Position numbers and translations under genes: made by a program
NCBI RefSeq assembly: GCF_006345805.1
Contig: NC_043012.1
Span: 45,694,001 to 45,758,000, forward strand
Origin: Octopus sinensis
Taxonomy: Eukaryota
DNA: 64,000 nt
Direction: 5' to 3'
The notes under the pieces: generated by a model
What the model was told of the DNA's origin: nothing
The model's input: only the letters and a program-made list of their open reading frames with translations
Database searches by the model: none
Shown here: positions 37,634 through 50,960 of the stretch, one piece after another
Numbering within the stretch: the first letter of the stretch is position 1
How the letters are laid out: each line of letters opens with the position of its first letter

Positions 37634-40297
37634 CGGTTTTTTTGACTATTTATTAAAATTTTATGTATTGATTAAGTCTTTCCTTGTTTGTTTTGCAAAA
37701 TAGTGGTTTTGTCTCTAATAATATTTTATAATATTTTACTATAAAATTGGATTTAATCCTAAATCTGATTTTTTCCCTGTAAATTTGGATTTATTCCCTA
37801 ATATTTATTATTATATATATATATATATATATATTTCTTTTGTTGTCTTTACTTTAAACGGGATTATTCCCATCTGGCAGCTGTCGACCGAGGATCTCTA
37901 AGTTATCGGCTATTTCTGATTGTAGCACTCTCTTCATCGATACCGAGCGTCCTTCATGCTACGGAAGTATATCCAGATGGCTTTCTCTTACATCATAGCA
38001 CTCCAATACAACCAGCTTAAAAAAGCGATGCATCTGCAACAACTGTATAATTACTTTGCATTTATATGTGCAATCGATTTATCTTTCAAGCATAGCCTGA
38101 AATTCCTTTTACATGACTACACGATTTCCATTGTAAAGCGCTTTCACTTTGTTATTAAGTTCTGCATTCAGTATCCTGTTATTCATTTCTACTCATTACT
38201 CTCTACGTCTGCACACATCCATTCATACATATATGCATACATATATATTTGGGTGCATGTGTTTGTGAACGTATATGCATTTCGGTATAAATATAACGCT
38301 AATCATAAAGATATGCATCATGCTCTGCACTGTTTCCGTACACCAATTGCACTCAGAAGGCATTGGGCGGATATTAAGAAACAGTTGTTAAGCAGCATGA
38401 CACAACCAAAAAACCAACAACATTACAACAACGCGAAATTCTCAACGAAAAGCACATACTCGCGCATACGCAAGCCGGTGTCTGCGTAACCCCACTAACA
38501 CACAGAAACATACACACAATGACACACACATACACATACAAACACAGACGCATGCATATACATATGTATCACTATGGATCTCACTACGAGCAGGTTTGTT
38601 TGACAAAGTATTACGAGGTGTAAAATTTAAATGGAGTGATAATGTTTTTGCTTCTGGAAAAAGATTTAGGAATGGGCGTTGAATTAAGAATTAATAGAAA
38701 ATAGTACAGTATGTAGTGCGCGTCTATTAATAAGTTTTCATTGAATTCGAAACAAAGATATCTAATCATGATTATGGTAGAAAGGGGAATAGTAATCGAC
38801 ACCATCAGATGATACCTAGTTCATTGTTGTAGTGATGATATTGTGTAGTGACGTTATTGTTTAAGTTTTATGTAGCTTGCAGATTTATCATTGTTTCCTG
38901 CTATGGGAACCCTCTCAATTTTGGATAACCTGAAAACTTTTGTTTCATTCCAACATCATTGCAGCGTTCAAGAGCACCAATTTATAACCAAGCCAGTGAC
39001 GTGTATCTTGCAACATCTGATATAAACGTATAACATATATATTCCTTTTTATATATGTTTTGAAGGATGCCAGTTCAATTTACCAACACTTATATACATA
39101 CCTTTATAAATAATTCCATCGGTTATGAATGATTGCACCTAGAACGTTACCATGCGAGGCAAAGTCCAGGTTGTTTATGAAAGCTCAGTAGTCACCCATG
39201 CATGCCAGACTTCCTTCTTTACGCCCTCAATGTTATCCAAGGGTAAGTCAAAGGCCAGTGCAGCTTGGCACTAGTGACGTTGAAGCTGATTATTTTTTAT
39301 ACAAGAATATATTTGTTAAGATATTTCGTATATTACAAGATTATTTACGTATAATTATTAATCTATCTAATTAGTATATTATTATTGCTATCTTTAACCT
39401 GAAGAGTGGCTATATTTATATTGAAGTGTTTTTACTACTACTACTATTATTTTTATTATAGTTACTATTATTATTTTTTAAATATAGCCACGAAACACGT
39501 GTCGTTATTCTACCAACTATATACGTTTTATTTACTATTTTGCATATTTCTTAATCATTGTATTATGTTTTATCTTATATTTAATCTTTCTATAATATGT
39601 AATGGAATCATTTAAATGGAATCATTTAAATTTTCAATATTGAACTGATAAAATGTGTTTTGTTTTCTAATTTATGTATATATATACATATATATATAAT
39701 AGAAAATAAACCTAGCATGAATAGGAAACTGGAATGGGACACTAGCACACACCACAACATATGACGGTAGAGGATCCCAATAAACAAAACCGAAAATATA
39801 ATAAATAAAATACACAGATAAATAAACAAATAGAAATAAATAACTATATAAGTTGTTTTTTTTGTTTAATTTAAAAGATTTTATTTATTATTATTATTGT
39901 TGTTATACATACATACATACAAGCATATGTAATGATAATAATAACAAGTGGATGTAAACACATGAACAAAAAAAGAATAAACAAAAACAACAACAACAAA
40001 AACAAATTACATGAAGGTATATAAACAGAAGATACAAATATTACAGGCATCCACCCCCCAAACACTAAATAAACATAGATGCACATAGAGATATAAGCAT
40101 GTGCAAATGAAGACATACAATAGAAATACAAAATGGCTGACGGTTAGTAAGGAGAGACACAAATAAGAAAGAAGAAAACAAAGGACCACAGAGGTCACAG
40201 GAGTGTGACGAAAGAACTCTGGCCGAACTAAGATTAATATTAATGTGAAAAATAAATAACACTGAAGCAAAGTAACACCAAATATATAGTGCGTGTG

Positions 40298-40394
40298 TTT
40301 TTATTGGCTAAACTGGCAAAATGACCATTCCGAAATATAACATTATCTGTTTCAACATACGACTTCACATAAAAAATCTTGTACAACAAATATT

Positions 40395-40400
<6 letters not shown>
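40298..40400. repeat. Short dispersed repeat, possible MITE fragment (related to 4935-5002)
   Basis: Shares a 44-bp block with 4959-5002; its right end is the reverse complement of 4935-4962. Confidence 0.6.
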
Positions 40401-40443
<43 letters not shown>

Positions 40444-40525
40444 GTATATATATACATGTATATGTATATGTATATATGTATATATATACATGTATATGTA
40501 TATGTATATGTATATATGTATATAT

Positions 40526-40572
<47 letters not shown>

Positions 40573-40574
<2 letters not shown>

Positions 40575-40864
40575 TTGCTCGGGTTTGTAAGGGAAATAAC
40601 TATATAAGCATTTTTAGAGAGTTATAGCCAAGAAATAGCAAAAAATGCATTAAAAATGGAGAAAAATCATGGTAATTTTTTTAAAAAATCGTAGACTCAT
40701 CGTAGACGCGCGTTAATATGAATCACGACTATAGACGCGCTTGATATGAATCACGACTATAAGATACCCGGTTTTGGTTAAACTGCACCGCAAAATGTGG
40801 GAGTAGTTAGGAATCTAAATCGTAGGAGACAGACAGCACACAACCTTACTTTTATATATAAAGA
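40573..40864 (-). mobile_element. Non-autonomous Helitron, 3' CTAG end lost in (TA)n
   Basis: Minus strand begins A|TCTTTATATATAAAAG and ends AAACCCGAGCAACG, the same subterminal sequence as 54010-54023; internal 28-bp tandem duplication near 40703-40760. Confidence 0.75.
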
Positions 40865-41261
40865 TATATATATATATATATAAGCAGAATCTTCCAACAC
40901 TGAGATCTGCAATCAGGTGTCACTACTGTTTATATCATCTGTAAATTTATTGTAAATTTTTGCCTTCAACTTACTAAGTTAATAACATATCAGAAAACAC
41001 TCCAGATTATCGATCTACCGATAGTTCATTTCACCTAGCATATGTGCATATGTTCACCTTGTGACAGAAAAATAAAGATATTTCTCGAGCCCTAACCAAT
41101 GCATACGCCATGATGTTCAACAGCTGAACATCATGGCGTATGTATGAGCAAATATTATAAAGATAAACTGACAAACAGAAGTGTACGAAGGGAACTGAAT
41201 TCTCAAGTCAGATATATTTTTATTGTTGTTGTAGTTGTTCTTCCTTCATTCTTACCATCAC

Positions 41262-41307
<46 letters not shown>

Positions 41308-41310
<3 letters not shown>

Positions 41311-41505
41311 TAGTTTTATTTTTATAGCGTGCTTTCACTTCACTACCGAGCGCAGCTCTGTGTGCCTTGGGTATGTGCTGTGATTTGTTGTGATGCTCTG
41401 ATGGTTATTGTATGGAAAGTGTTCTGCGTAGGATGTGTGCTGTGCCTAGTAGTGCAATTTTCTGTATGTTATATGTGTTTGTAAGTCCTGGTGTTTTTGT
41501 TATGT

Positions 41506-41510
<5 letters not shown>
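41308..41510 (-). mobile_element. R4/Dong-type LINE 3' end (copy A1) in (TAA)n
   Basis: Encodes the end of ...QKIALLGTAHILRRTLSIQ* plus the 3' UTR; only 3 differences seen from 42078-42280. Confidence 0.88.
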
Positions 41511-41581
<71 letters not shown>

Positions 41582-41582
<1 letters not shown>

Positions 41583-41930
41583 TATGTTTGAATTTGCTTT
41601 ATGTTTGTACAAGTTGGCTCCAAGTCTCACCCAGTGACCTCAAGAGACAACAGGTTGGAAGTTCACGTTGTTGTTATGCCTAGTGTGCCATATATTTGGG
41701 GTCTTTTTGGTGTTGTACTAGTGAATGTCTAATAAATAAATTTTAAAAAAAGTATGTTTTAAACCTTGAGATTACATAGAGAGTATTTTGCGTAGGATAT
41801 GAGCAGTTCCCATGAGCACTATGTTTTGAATTTCTGCCATTTTGGGGTTTCCTGGTATCTGAGTTAGGTAGCAATCACCACTTTCTCTATCATTCCCAGG
41901 GCACCTATGACAACAGGTATTGTTTTAGTC
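41582..41930 (-). mobile_element. R4/Dong-type LINE 3' end, different family (copy B)
   Basis: KTIPVVIGALGMI.K then frameshifted QKIVLMGTAHILRKILS-like sequence and a distinct 3' UTR ending in (TAA)n. Confidence 0.8.
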
Positions 41931-42008
41931 TTCTTTTTCTTCTTCTTCTTCTTCTTCTTCTTCTTCTCTTCTTCTTCTTCTTCCTCTTCTTCTTCTTCTT
42001 CTCTTCTT

Positions 42009-42037
<29 letters not shown>
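41931..42037. repeat. (TTC)n microsatellite
   Basis: Direct inspection. Confidence 0.9.
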
Positions 42038-42039
<2 letters not shown>

Positions 42040-42077
42040 TTATTATTATTATTATTATTATCATTATTATTATTATT

Positions 42078-42470
42078 CAGTAGTTTTATTTTTATAGCGT
42101 GCTTTCACTTCACTACCGAGCACAGCTCTGTGTGCCTTGGGTATGTGCTGTGATTTGTTGTGATGCTCTGATGGTTATTGTATGGAAAGTGTTCTGCGTA
42201 GGATGTGTGCAGTGCCTAGTAGTGCAATTTTCTGCATGTTATATGTGTTTGTAAGTCCTGGTGTTTTTGTTATGTATTTGTCTGAATATTTTTTTATCAT
42301 GCTTAATGCACCTACTATGATAGGAATTGTTTCTGTTTTCAGATTCCACGTTCTAGTTACCTCTATTTCCAGGTCTTTGTATTTTGAGAGTTTCTCCATT
42401 TCTTTTAGAGACACGTTGTCATCAGCCGGTATTGATACATCAATTAGAAAGCACTTAAAAATTTTTTTTA
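42078..42470 (-). mobile_element. R4/Dong-type LINE 3' end (copy A2) with restriction-like endonuclease core
   Basis: ORF 42175-42630: CFLIDVSIPADDNVSLKEMEKLSKYKDLEIEVTRTWNLKTETIPIIVGAL...LLGTAHILRRTLS; flanked by (TAA)n. Confidence 0.92.
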
Positions 42471-42471
42471 A

Positions 42472-42517
<46 letters not shown>

Positions 42518-42532
42518 GTTATTATTATTTTA

Positions 42533-42584
<52 letters not shown>

Positions 42585-44375
42585 CATTACTATTATTTGT
42601 AGTATCTGAAGAACTTCCCTGTCTCAACAACTCTAAGATTTCCTAATGCGCTAATCAGTTTCTCAATTTTCGATGTGAAATATTTAGAACGTCCTGTATT
42701 GAATATGCATGATCCAAGATCATGTACATTTAGAAACATCCGTATATAAGCATGTACTGCATCGGCAGGATATTTTATTTATCTTTCCTCGAACTATGTT
42801 ACCACTTGCTTTTATCGAAAATTTGATGATTAAAAACATTTTTCTTTTAACCAGTTCGAGGCGAAACGGAATAGACGCGATTCACTTGAGTGCTTTATTA
42901 TGTTTAATATTATTCGTTGATTGTTATGAATATCATAACGCAGTCTAATGCCTTTAATAAAACGGGCGTTTTGATTGACGGATAAACGAATTACACTGTT
43001 GTTTAGATGAAATAGCTAGTTGTAAAATCTCGAGAAGAGATCCAAGTAGTAACCATACTAACAAGTAAAGGCAATCGCTACGTCACAGTGGCCGTTCTAT
43101 GTTACTACTAGTTTAACCGCAGGCAGATCTTCCGCCAGCTGGTTATCGGTGCAGCGCTGCTACCTTTATATACAATACATATTGCTAGCAGAGGGAGCAA
43201 ACCCCCACCATCTTCTAGCAGACAACAGGATATATATTGAAATATATATGGTTTTGTGACTTGTCCTGGAGACGTTTGAATCGTATCTTTACTGTTGTGA
43301 ATATGTTTATATTTTGTCTGCAAAATGTCACTGTTTTCGGCCATATGTAGACCATTTGTTGCACGTATGCATGTTCTACATATATTAAAACTTATCTTCT
43401 TCCCACAACAGAGAGTTCCTTCAAATATATCGAAGTTTTTCAGATATGGCGGACAAGACAAATTTTTAAAGCAAACATTCTTGAATTGTTGTGTCTTGCT
43501 TGAATTTTTCATTTAAACTGTTTTCATGTACACTGTTTTCCTCTTTCCAACATTCTTTGGATTTCGTTTTCCCATTTTAAGATTAGACATCTATAGTATT
43601 ACTTTCTAGCTAGTTTAGTTTGTTTTTGTTGTATTTATGTTAGTTTTGCGCGTTCAGATATAATCATATAGCCTGGTAATTTACGATATAGACAGGTTCC
43701 TTTTGATGGATATTTTGGAGTTCATGAAGCTTTTTTTTGCTGAATAACTCTCATCTATGACCCACTATAATATGTGAGGCTATATTTATCTGAGCGGAAC
43801 TTATTCCATGTTCATTCTATTTCTTCATTCATGGAGAGTACTCACGGGAGGCATTTAATGTACTCACATTTTCAACTTTGTTGAACATATGAGGACAAAC
43901 GAATGCAAATGATGTTCTAGGGTATCAAATTTATTTGCAGTGAAATCATATTTCGTGATTCAATTTTCGCCCCACCGCAACAAATATGTACGACCTACTT
44001 TAATTGTCCTTTAGGGTTTCCCTTATATCATTTGATTTGACTTTTCGGTTCTTTTTCGTTCTCACTTATGGGCCATGATTTGAGATGATGTCATTCTTTA
44101 ATATTTTGTTTCAGTATTAATAGTGAAACTATTAAAGTGAATGTATCTGACATTACAATAGGCAGATGTTATTGCTTCGCTTTTGACACGTAAAACTGAA
44201 ATAGTGGAAGATATAAGAGATTGCTTTAGGCTTGCATTAGGCACGGAGTTAAAAAGTTTTAAACCTATGGTACTACATGGACCCTAAGTAATGCATGTAT
44301 AAAATTTGAATGAAATATGTAGTTCTCGAGTATTAGAGATTCACACAGACAGATGCACATTCTCATATTTATACA

Positions 44376-44426
<51 letters not shown>

Positions 44427-44716
44427 GTATTATGTATGTATGGGTGTTCATGCATAAAGTATACGCCCAAATATATACACAGACATACACACACAGACAT
44501 CACAAACATATAAAAGCATTACTGCATGAAAGGCTTTTCCCGTGCCATACCCTCATAAGTCAGGTTTCATAAATTTTATGGTGTATATATCTTCCCCTTA
44601 TCCATGAAATCCGTGAAATGAAGTGTTGTGCTTAGGAATACAGTGCACGGTGTGTTCACGAATTGGAACCACACTCTTTCGATCAATAATGCTCTGAGAA
44701 TGTTGAGTGTAGTAGA

Positions 44717-44950
44717 AAGGCGGCGAGCTGGAAGAAACGTTAGCACGCCGGGCGAGATGCTTAGCAGTTTTTCGTCTGTCTTTATGTTCTGAGTTCAAAT
44801 TCCGTCGAGTCCAACTTTGCCTTTCATCCTATCGGGGTAGATAAATTACGTACCAGTTACGCACTGGGTCGATGTAATTGATTTAATCCCCTTGTCTGTC
44901 CTTGTTTGTCCGCTCTATGTTTAGCCCCTTGTGGGCAATAAAAAAATAAG
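44717..44950 (+). mobile_element. SINE family A, full length
   Basis: A-box-like GGCGGCGAGCTGG, B-box-like GAGTTCAAATTCC, body and tail CCCCTTGTGGGCAATAAA. Confidence 0.9.
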
Positions 44951-45806
44951 AATGGCAAGGTGTTTCTCTGTAAGATATGAAAGGCATAATATTTCTGTGA
45001 TTCTATTTATTTTGCTTTTTCTGTTTAATTCTACGAGGAAAGGCATATGGGTCACACTATCTCAATTGAATGACATTTGGGATTTGTATCTTTATGTTAT
45101 AATTATTTGTTTCAATATTATCAAATATATTCTAACAAACGAACTTTTCATGAGAGAAGCGAACTACAAAATGTATTAAGAAGCAACACGTTATCACATG
45201 TGAATGAGGTACACAGATGTTATCCTAGCTGCAAAGATAAACCTGTCTATTCAATAATAAAAATATAGGCTGCAAATTTAGTTTGCAGATATACGTGTAC
45301 ACTGTTAATCAATCAACGAATATTTCTTCGTTTACTGACAGAAGCCATCGCAGCTATGGCATGTAAATTAAAAATTCAAATCAATCCTAATCCGTCCTCA
45401 AAGATTTCGCATTGTCTTTCTATATTATTAGTCTCCATAATTTAATCATCGCTCTCGTTATACACACTCTCAATCTCGATTCCGTTGAAGAGAATAGTCA
45501 AGATGATTATGCACGCAAACTGAATTCTTAAGACAATCCCATCAGTTGCCATCCGACACTCTGTCTGTTCCCTGACTGCTAAAGTAATATGTAGTCAAGT
45601 CCATTCACCTCTACTAAGATGTCATGTCTTTGACATACCGAGTTCACGATCGATTTCAAGTTATTCTCAATAATGATACTATATTCACGGATAAAAATTT
45701 ATATACAATCTATAGCTAGGTTAAAATCTAAACCTGACATTTTAGCAGTTGACTACGTAACGACAGCTCAACTCCATAAAAAGCACACGCATGTACATAT
45801 AAGTGA

Positions 45807-45807
<1 letters not shown>

Positions 45808-45876
<69 letters not shown>

Positions 45877-45885
45877 GTCTATCTG

Positions 45886-45960
<75 letters not shown>
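45808..45960. repeat. (TATC)n microsatellite
   Basis: Direct inspection. Confidence 0.95.
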
Positions 45961-46010
45961 GTGTATACATACATACACACACACGCGCGTATATATATAA
46001 TCACTTATTG

Positions 46011-46244
46011 AAGGCGGCGAGCTTGCAGAAACGTTAGCACGCCGGGCGAAATGCGTTTGCCGTATTTCGTCTGCCGTTACGTTCCGAGTTCAAATATCGC
46101 CGAGGTCGACTTTGCCTTTCATCCTTCCAGGATCGATAAATTAAGTACCAGTTACGCACTGGGGTCGATGTAATCGAATTAATCCCTTTGTCTATTCTTG
46201 TTTGTCTCCTTTGTGTGTAGCCCCTTGTGGGTAGTAAAGAAATA
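46011..46244 (+). mobile_element. SINE family A, full length
   Basis: Aligns end to end with 44717-44950. Confidence 0.9.
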
Positions 46245-49200
46245 CATATATAATCACTTTGAATAAAAATGCATCATATACCTAAAATTGGAGCACTAAA
46301 ATATATGTACACATTGTATTTGCAATTACAAGAGAGAGAGAGAGAGAGGGGGGGAAGAGAAAGAGAGAGGGAGAGAAGGAGAAAGAAAGAGTAAGATAGT
46401 GAGAGTGAGACATACAGACATACAGTCAGGCAGCCAGAGTAAGAGAGAGTGCAGGAGAGAGTTGGAGATTGAGATAGAGATAGAGAGAACGAGAGAGAGA
46501 GAGATGTATAATGAGTATCAATGCACGAAACTCAACAATAGAGACACTCTAACGTTGCCAATTAATAGAATCTATATATATTCATGCTTTAGCTATATAT
46601 TCATCTCTGTACCACCAAAGTTTTGTGTGCATGTGTGTATGTGTGTTTGTGTGTGTCTGTGCATCTGTGCGTATGTGTGCACTTCTGTGCATGAGTTTCT
46701 TCATTTATTCCCGCACTGTCATATGGCGGTAAAAGCAGATATAGTCCTTCGAAGTGTATCAGCTTAATCGATTGAAAGACATCTTGGAATGTCATCATGT
46801 TTCTACGAACTAAGAAATGAAGGACGTGTTATGTATGTGATGCATCCGTCCATATTCACTCAACTCAGAGGCTTACATGTTTATAAGCGTAAAGAAACAT
46901 TGAATTATTTCAACCATGTGTACGGAAAAGCAAATTGTCTATGTTGAGGAAAGTCACCCAAATATTGTTCAAATCCACGTCACGGATTCACTGAACGATG
47001 CTTTACTTTGGATCCAGTTAAAAGTGTTGCAGTCATGGGTGACCTTATAAGTTTCAACATGCCAAGTATATTATCTCAAAATAGCAGAAGATTAAATGGA
47101 TACTGAGTTGCTTAGTTACTCTGGACATTTTTATGTGTTCATTTTTCTTTAAATAATTGCTCGATGCACTCCTATATTCTAGTTCTTTGCAGCAACATCT
47201 ACAAAAATTCTTACCGATACACCTTCATTTATGCATTTATAATACAGTAGAGCATAGTGCACATGCGAACGACACATTAAACAAATATATTTTCTTTCAC
47301 CGCAAACAATTACCATTATTTGAATTTTTCGTCCTAACATTCATTAGAATATTTTATACGAAGAATGAAATTAATATTTACCTTTTAAAATAACTCACAC
47401 CCTCGGATCTAAAACGACAACTGTATTCTAACAAATACAGGATAGAATGTATATGGTGCAGATAAATTTAATGTAGTGAAATGATATGTGCAAAAAATAT
47501 AATAGGGCTGTCTTTTAAATAGTACATAAGATCATTCCAATAATCCAAAATTCCTGTGGATCATCATTAAAAAAAAAACACTATTTATACAGCAGAAAGA
47601 AACATATTTTGTGTGCTCAGTTATTATTCAATGAAATTAACGATGTTTAAAAGAAATTCGACACATGTTCTACAAGAATCGAACACAAGAATCATCGCTA
47701 CAATCGAAAATACACAGGGCAGTGTTAAAAAGATCGCTCGATATACGACAAACATCGTTCTTAAAAATCAAATGCTAAATATTCTGGTGACTTCAAATGC
47801 AAGTTTATCATATCTGCCAAATTCTAGCAACGAATTTTCTGCTATTAGATTTCGTCTTCTATAGTAATTCGAACAAAATGGATGTTAGCATTATTGAACA
47901 ATAGAACATTTATAATAAACGATGTTAACGAATGGAAACTGCAATGTTAAATAGTTCAATCCATGTTTTAATAAATCATTTCTAAAATTACTAAGGTATC
48001 TCTTAGTGGTTTGATATTAAATACATGAAGACGGATTGTTTTGTGTTTCCGCGGCATGCGATGACGAATCTGTATTACGCGACATTATTGGAAGTTGCAT
48101 TTTTCAAGTTCTTCACAAAAGAAATATTTCCATTGGAAGTCAGTTTAATGATCTCAAAGATGACGAGGTTTTATGATTTCGATGCATTTAGAAAATACCG
48201 CATTGAATTATATAGAGAAGCATGTTTAAAATTAAAATTGATATTAACTTTAGTATAGTAATGTAGTTTTACTGATATCACGTTAAATGTAGAGGTGACA
48301 TAATTCTACACATTTTGAAATTCCATCTAAATGCTATTTTCTATAACAAAAGATTCCAATTCCCCTGTTAACATTATAGGAAAAACAGAGACTCAATATT
48401 GTAAATGTGTACAATCCACCATATGTGGACGTATTTGATTGTACTTCTCAAATTTATACGAGGCCATTGGCAACAGTGGATTTACTGATAAAATAGCATA
48501 ATCCAGTGTAGAGTTTAAATATCACCTCACGCATTGTCAACGACTACTTTGATTTATTCTCTTCATTTTCCAGTGCATCATAGAAATGCCATAAGGAATG
48601 CCATTATAGACACTGTAAGAATTTTGCAATTTCCATTAAACACTTGAAGTTGAGAGATCTGTCTAACATCAACTATATATTCACGTCCCCCCCCCCCTGC
48701 TTATAACTGCATTATTCAAATAATTCTCTAACTATTTACAATGTTATTTAGGAAAGGTCATTTAAAGTAAATTTCAGTCAGACTCTGAAATCTGCAGCAG
48801 TAATTTTTAAAAAGCTTGAAGAAGAAATGTTTTTTTAAATTTTGTCATCATTTTCATTCATTTAAAAAATAAAAGTAAAAGACGATTGTGGCTCAAAATT
48901 TTGCTGTACTTTTTTAATAATATATATCAACAAGAAAACAAATGACTAGCTAGATGAACTCGTTGATGCAGAGATGCTTGTTACTTTATTATTAGCGGGG
49001 ATGGATTGGATTCGAATATCTTATTATATAAAAAGCTTGTTTTGATCATGAATGGAAAACGCCTTCCAGAAAAAAAAAAAAACGCCATCTCTAAAGTTAT
49101 CTACAGAAACACGATTTTATGAAGAGAACGAGTGAAACTTTACAACTGCAAGACATCGCGCCTATCAGACTCATTGTAAGGAAAAAGTAATTACAAACCC

Positions 49201-49854
49201 TGATATATGGTAACCGTAGCAATTAACATATGACGAAAAACAAACCAACCCGAATTCTGCGTTTGAAAAGAATGCAACTAACTACACATGCAACGGCAAA
49301 ATCAAAGGTAATGTCTTTTGCCTAGAGTAGAAATAATGTATTTTGCTAAGAATCTCCAGAAACGTTTCCACAAACAAATTCTGACGGCAAATCACTATTA
49401 AGCAATCCATCTTCTGTGGAGACATAAACCCTAAAAAGCAGTTCGGTTTCCAACATCTGAATCAAATTATAAAAAACAATATTAGAAAATTCGATAGTAT
49501 TCATCCGACATTACTAAAGTAATCATCTGACTTTTTGATGTAAATATTATTACTAGGTGGTATCAAATAGTTCTGTTGTGGTAAAATCCTGAAACCCTTG
49601 TGGGATAGCAAGCCAACTATCCCAAACCGTATAAAGGTGAGGGACTGTGTACTGTGTGTTACGTTTTGAGTTGCAGTTGGTTATTTATTGTTTGAAGTCG
49701 TTTGGTTGCAGCTGTTTCTATTGAGACTACCTTGTGTCTAGAAACTGTTAGTGTCTTTTGACACATTGTTTGCCTGAACAGGCTTGGCTCTGCTGCTGTT
49801 CCCCCGATAGGGGCGAATCGTTTGCACTTCGTGTGGGAACTGTCCCAGCACAAA

Positions 49855-50360
49855 ATGACTGGTGATTTGTATGAAGTGTTGGAGCTCCTACAGAGCGTCG
49901 ACTCGGAGTACGAAAGCGACTCGGAAGAAAGTGTGGAAGATCATGCAGCAACAGTCGATTGAAAGAAAAGAAGATACAGCATCAGGCCAGAGGCCGTGGA
50001 GAATTTTCAACTAATTTTGCGGCAAGACGGATCAAACGGGAAATTAACTTCCCCCAAAGGAGCCAGAGAAGAAATAAAAAGAACAATAATTAATAGAACA
50101 CCATCTACTAAAACAAAGAAAATAGAGATAGCGTTTACCGAAGAAATTGAGAAGGCCATAAATCCTATTTTGTTCAACGTGGCATTCATGAAAAGAAGAA
50201 GAAAATTCGGTACCGTGGAGGTACAATTCATGCCAGAACACGATGCTAGGGATGATTCCGCAATCACACTGTTCACGAACGAACTGGCTCTTTTACCGCC
50301 ATACCTTGGCAAAAGAACCACAAAAATCGCATTAAGTTATCCACCTGAAATTAGATCGGC
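49855..50360 (+). pseudogene. Probable L1/Tx1-type LINE ORF1 remnant
   Basis: ATG 49855 is in frame with ORF 49996 through one TGA (MTGDLYEVL...VD*KKRRYSIRPEAVENF); ...GTVEVQF...LPPYLGKRTTKIALSYPPEI is reminiscent of Tx1-like ORF1 RRM regions. The family call is tentative. Confidence 0.4.
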
Positions 50361-50439
50361 GTCGTTTATGGCAGCCGCTTGCTCCGGTATCGCTAGTCGT
50401 GAAATTTGTGATCACGACTATGATGTAATTTTTGATATC

Positions 50440-50960
50440 ATGAACTGGAAGTTGAAACAAAGAGCCAACGTGAAATTTTGCGTTAACTTGGAAAATCTGC
50501 TACAGAGGTACCGAGCCTATTTCGGCAAGCTTGCAGCAACGGAGCGATGGGTTGTGCGCAAAGTTTCGAGTAACACGGGTGCTTCAAAAGGGGAAGAATA
50601 TCTCTGGTTGATACTGAGCGATCCAGAAGACTTGTCACGAGCGTCACCCCCGGAAATGTGGGTGAAATTCTTCAGCTTGTGCATGAGAACAGTCAGCGAT
50701 ATTGTTGATGTTGCTGATCTATCGTATGGGCCTGTGCAGGCAATACTAACATCTGAAATGAACACGGTGGTGGGTGGTTGTATCTACCAAGTTTGTTCCC
50801 TACCTGCTGACCCCAGAGCAGAAAGAACATCGTGTCGAAGACTGTCTCTGTCAGCGTGCCGTTGATAATCCATCCATTATGACGATAGTTGATTCTATGG
50901 GCACGACCCTGAGAGGAAGCAGCAGTTCTCATAATGGAAGAACCCTTCATATCCACCACC
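50440..50960 (+). mobile_element. Mariner transposase N-terminal remnant (frameshifted)
   Basis: LKQRANVKFCVNL-KSATE, TVSDIVDVADLSYGPVQAILT, VSTKFVPYLLTPEQKEHRVEDC, YGHDPE-like. Confidence 0.85.

Larger units (their letters stand above)
35403..37730 (-). mobile_element. Penelope-like non-autonomous element with 192-bp inverted terminal pseudo-LTRs and internal tandem duplications
   Basis: 35403-35594 and 37539-37730 are reverse complements with no mismatch seen by eye; each holds a full hammerhead. The interior has repeated units with a decayed RIRA(M/L)E...IN stretch resembling a GIY-YIG C-terminus on the minus strand. Confidence 0.75.

Noticed and set aside
37956-38489. 177-aa ORF
   Set aside because: No recognisable domain, composition typical of AT-rich non-coding DNA, partly microsatellite.
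43108-43516. ORFs including SAICRPF (GPCR TM3-loop-like) and a short GC-rich patch after a possible acceptor
   Set aside because: No DRY motif, an in-frame stop just upstream, no transmembrane series and no supported splice structure.
49000-49550. Possible decayed L1/Tx1 RT segment
   Set aside because: Only faint motif echoes across many frameshifts; not supportable by eye.
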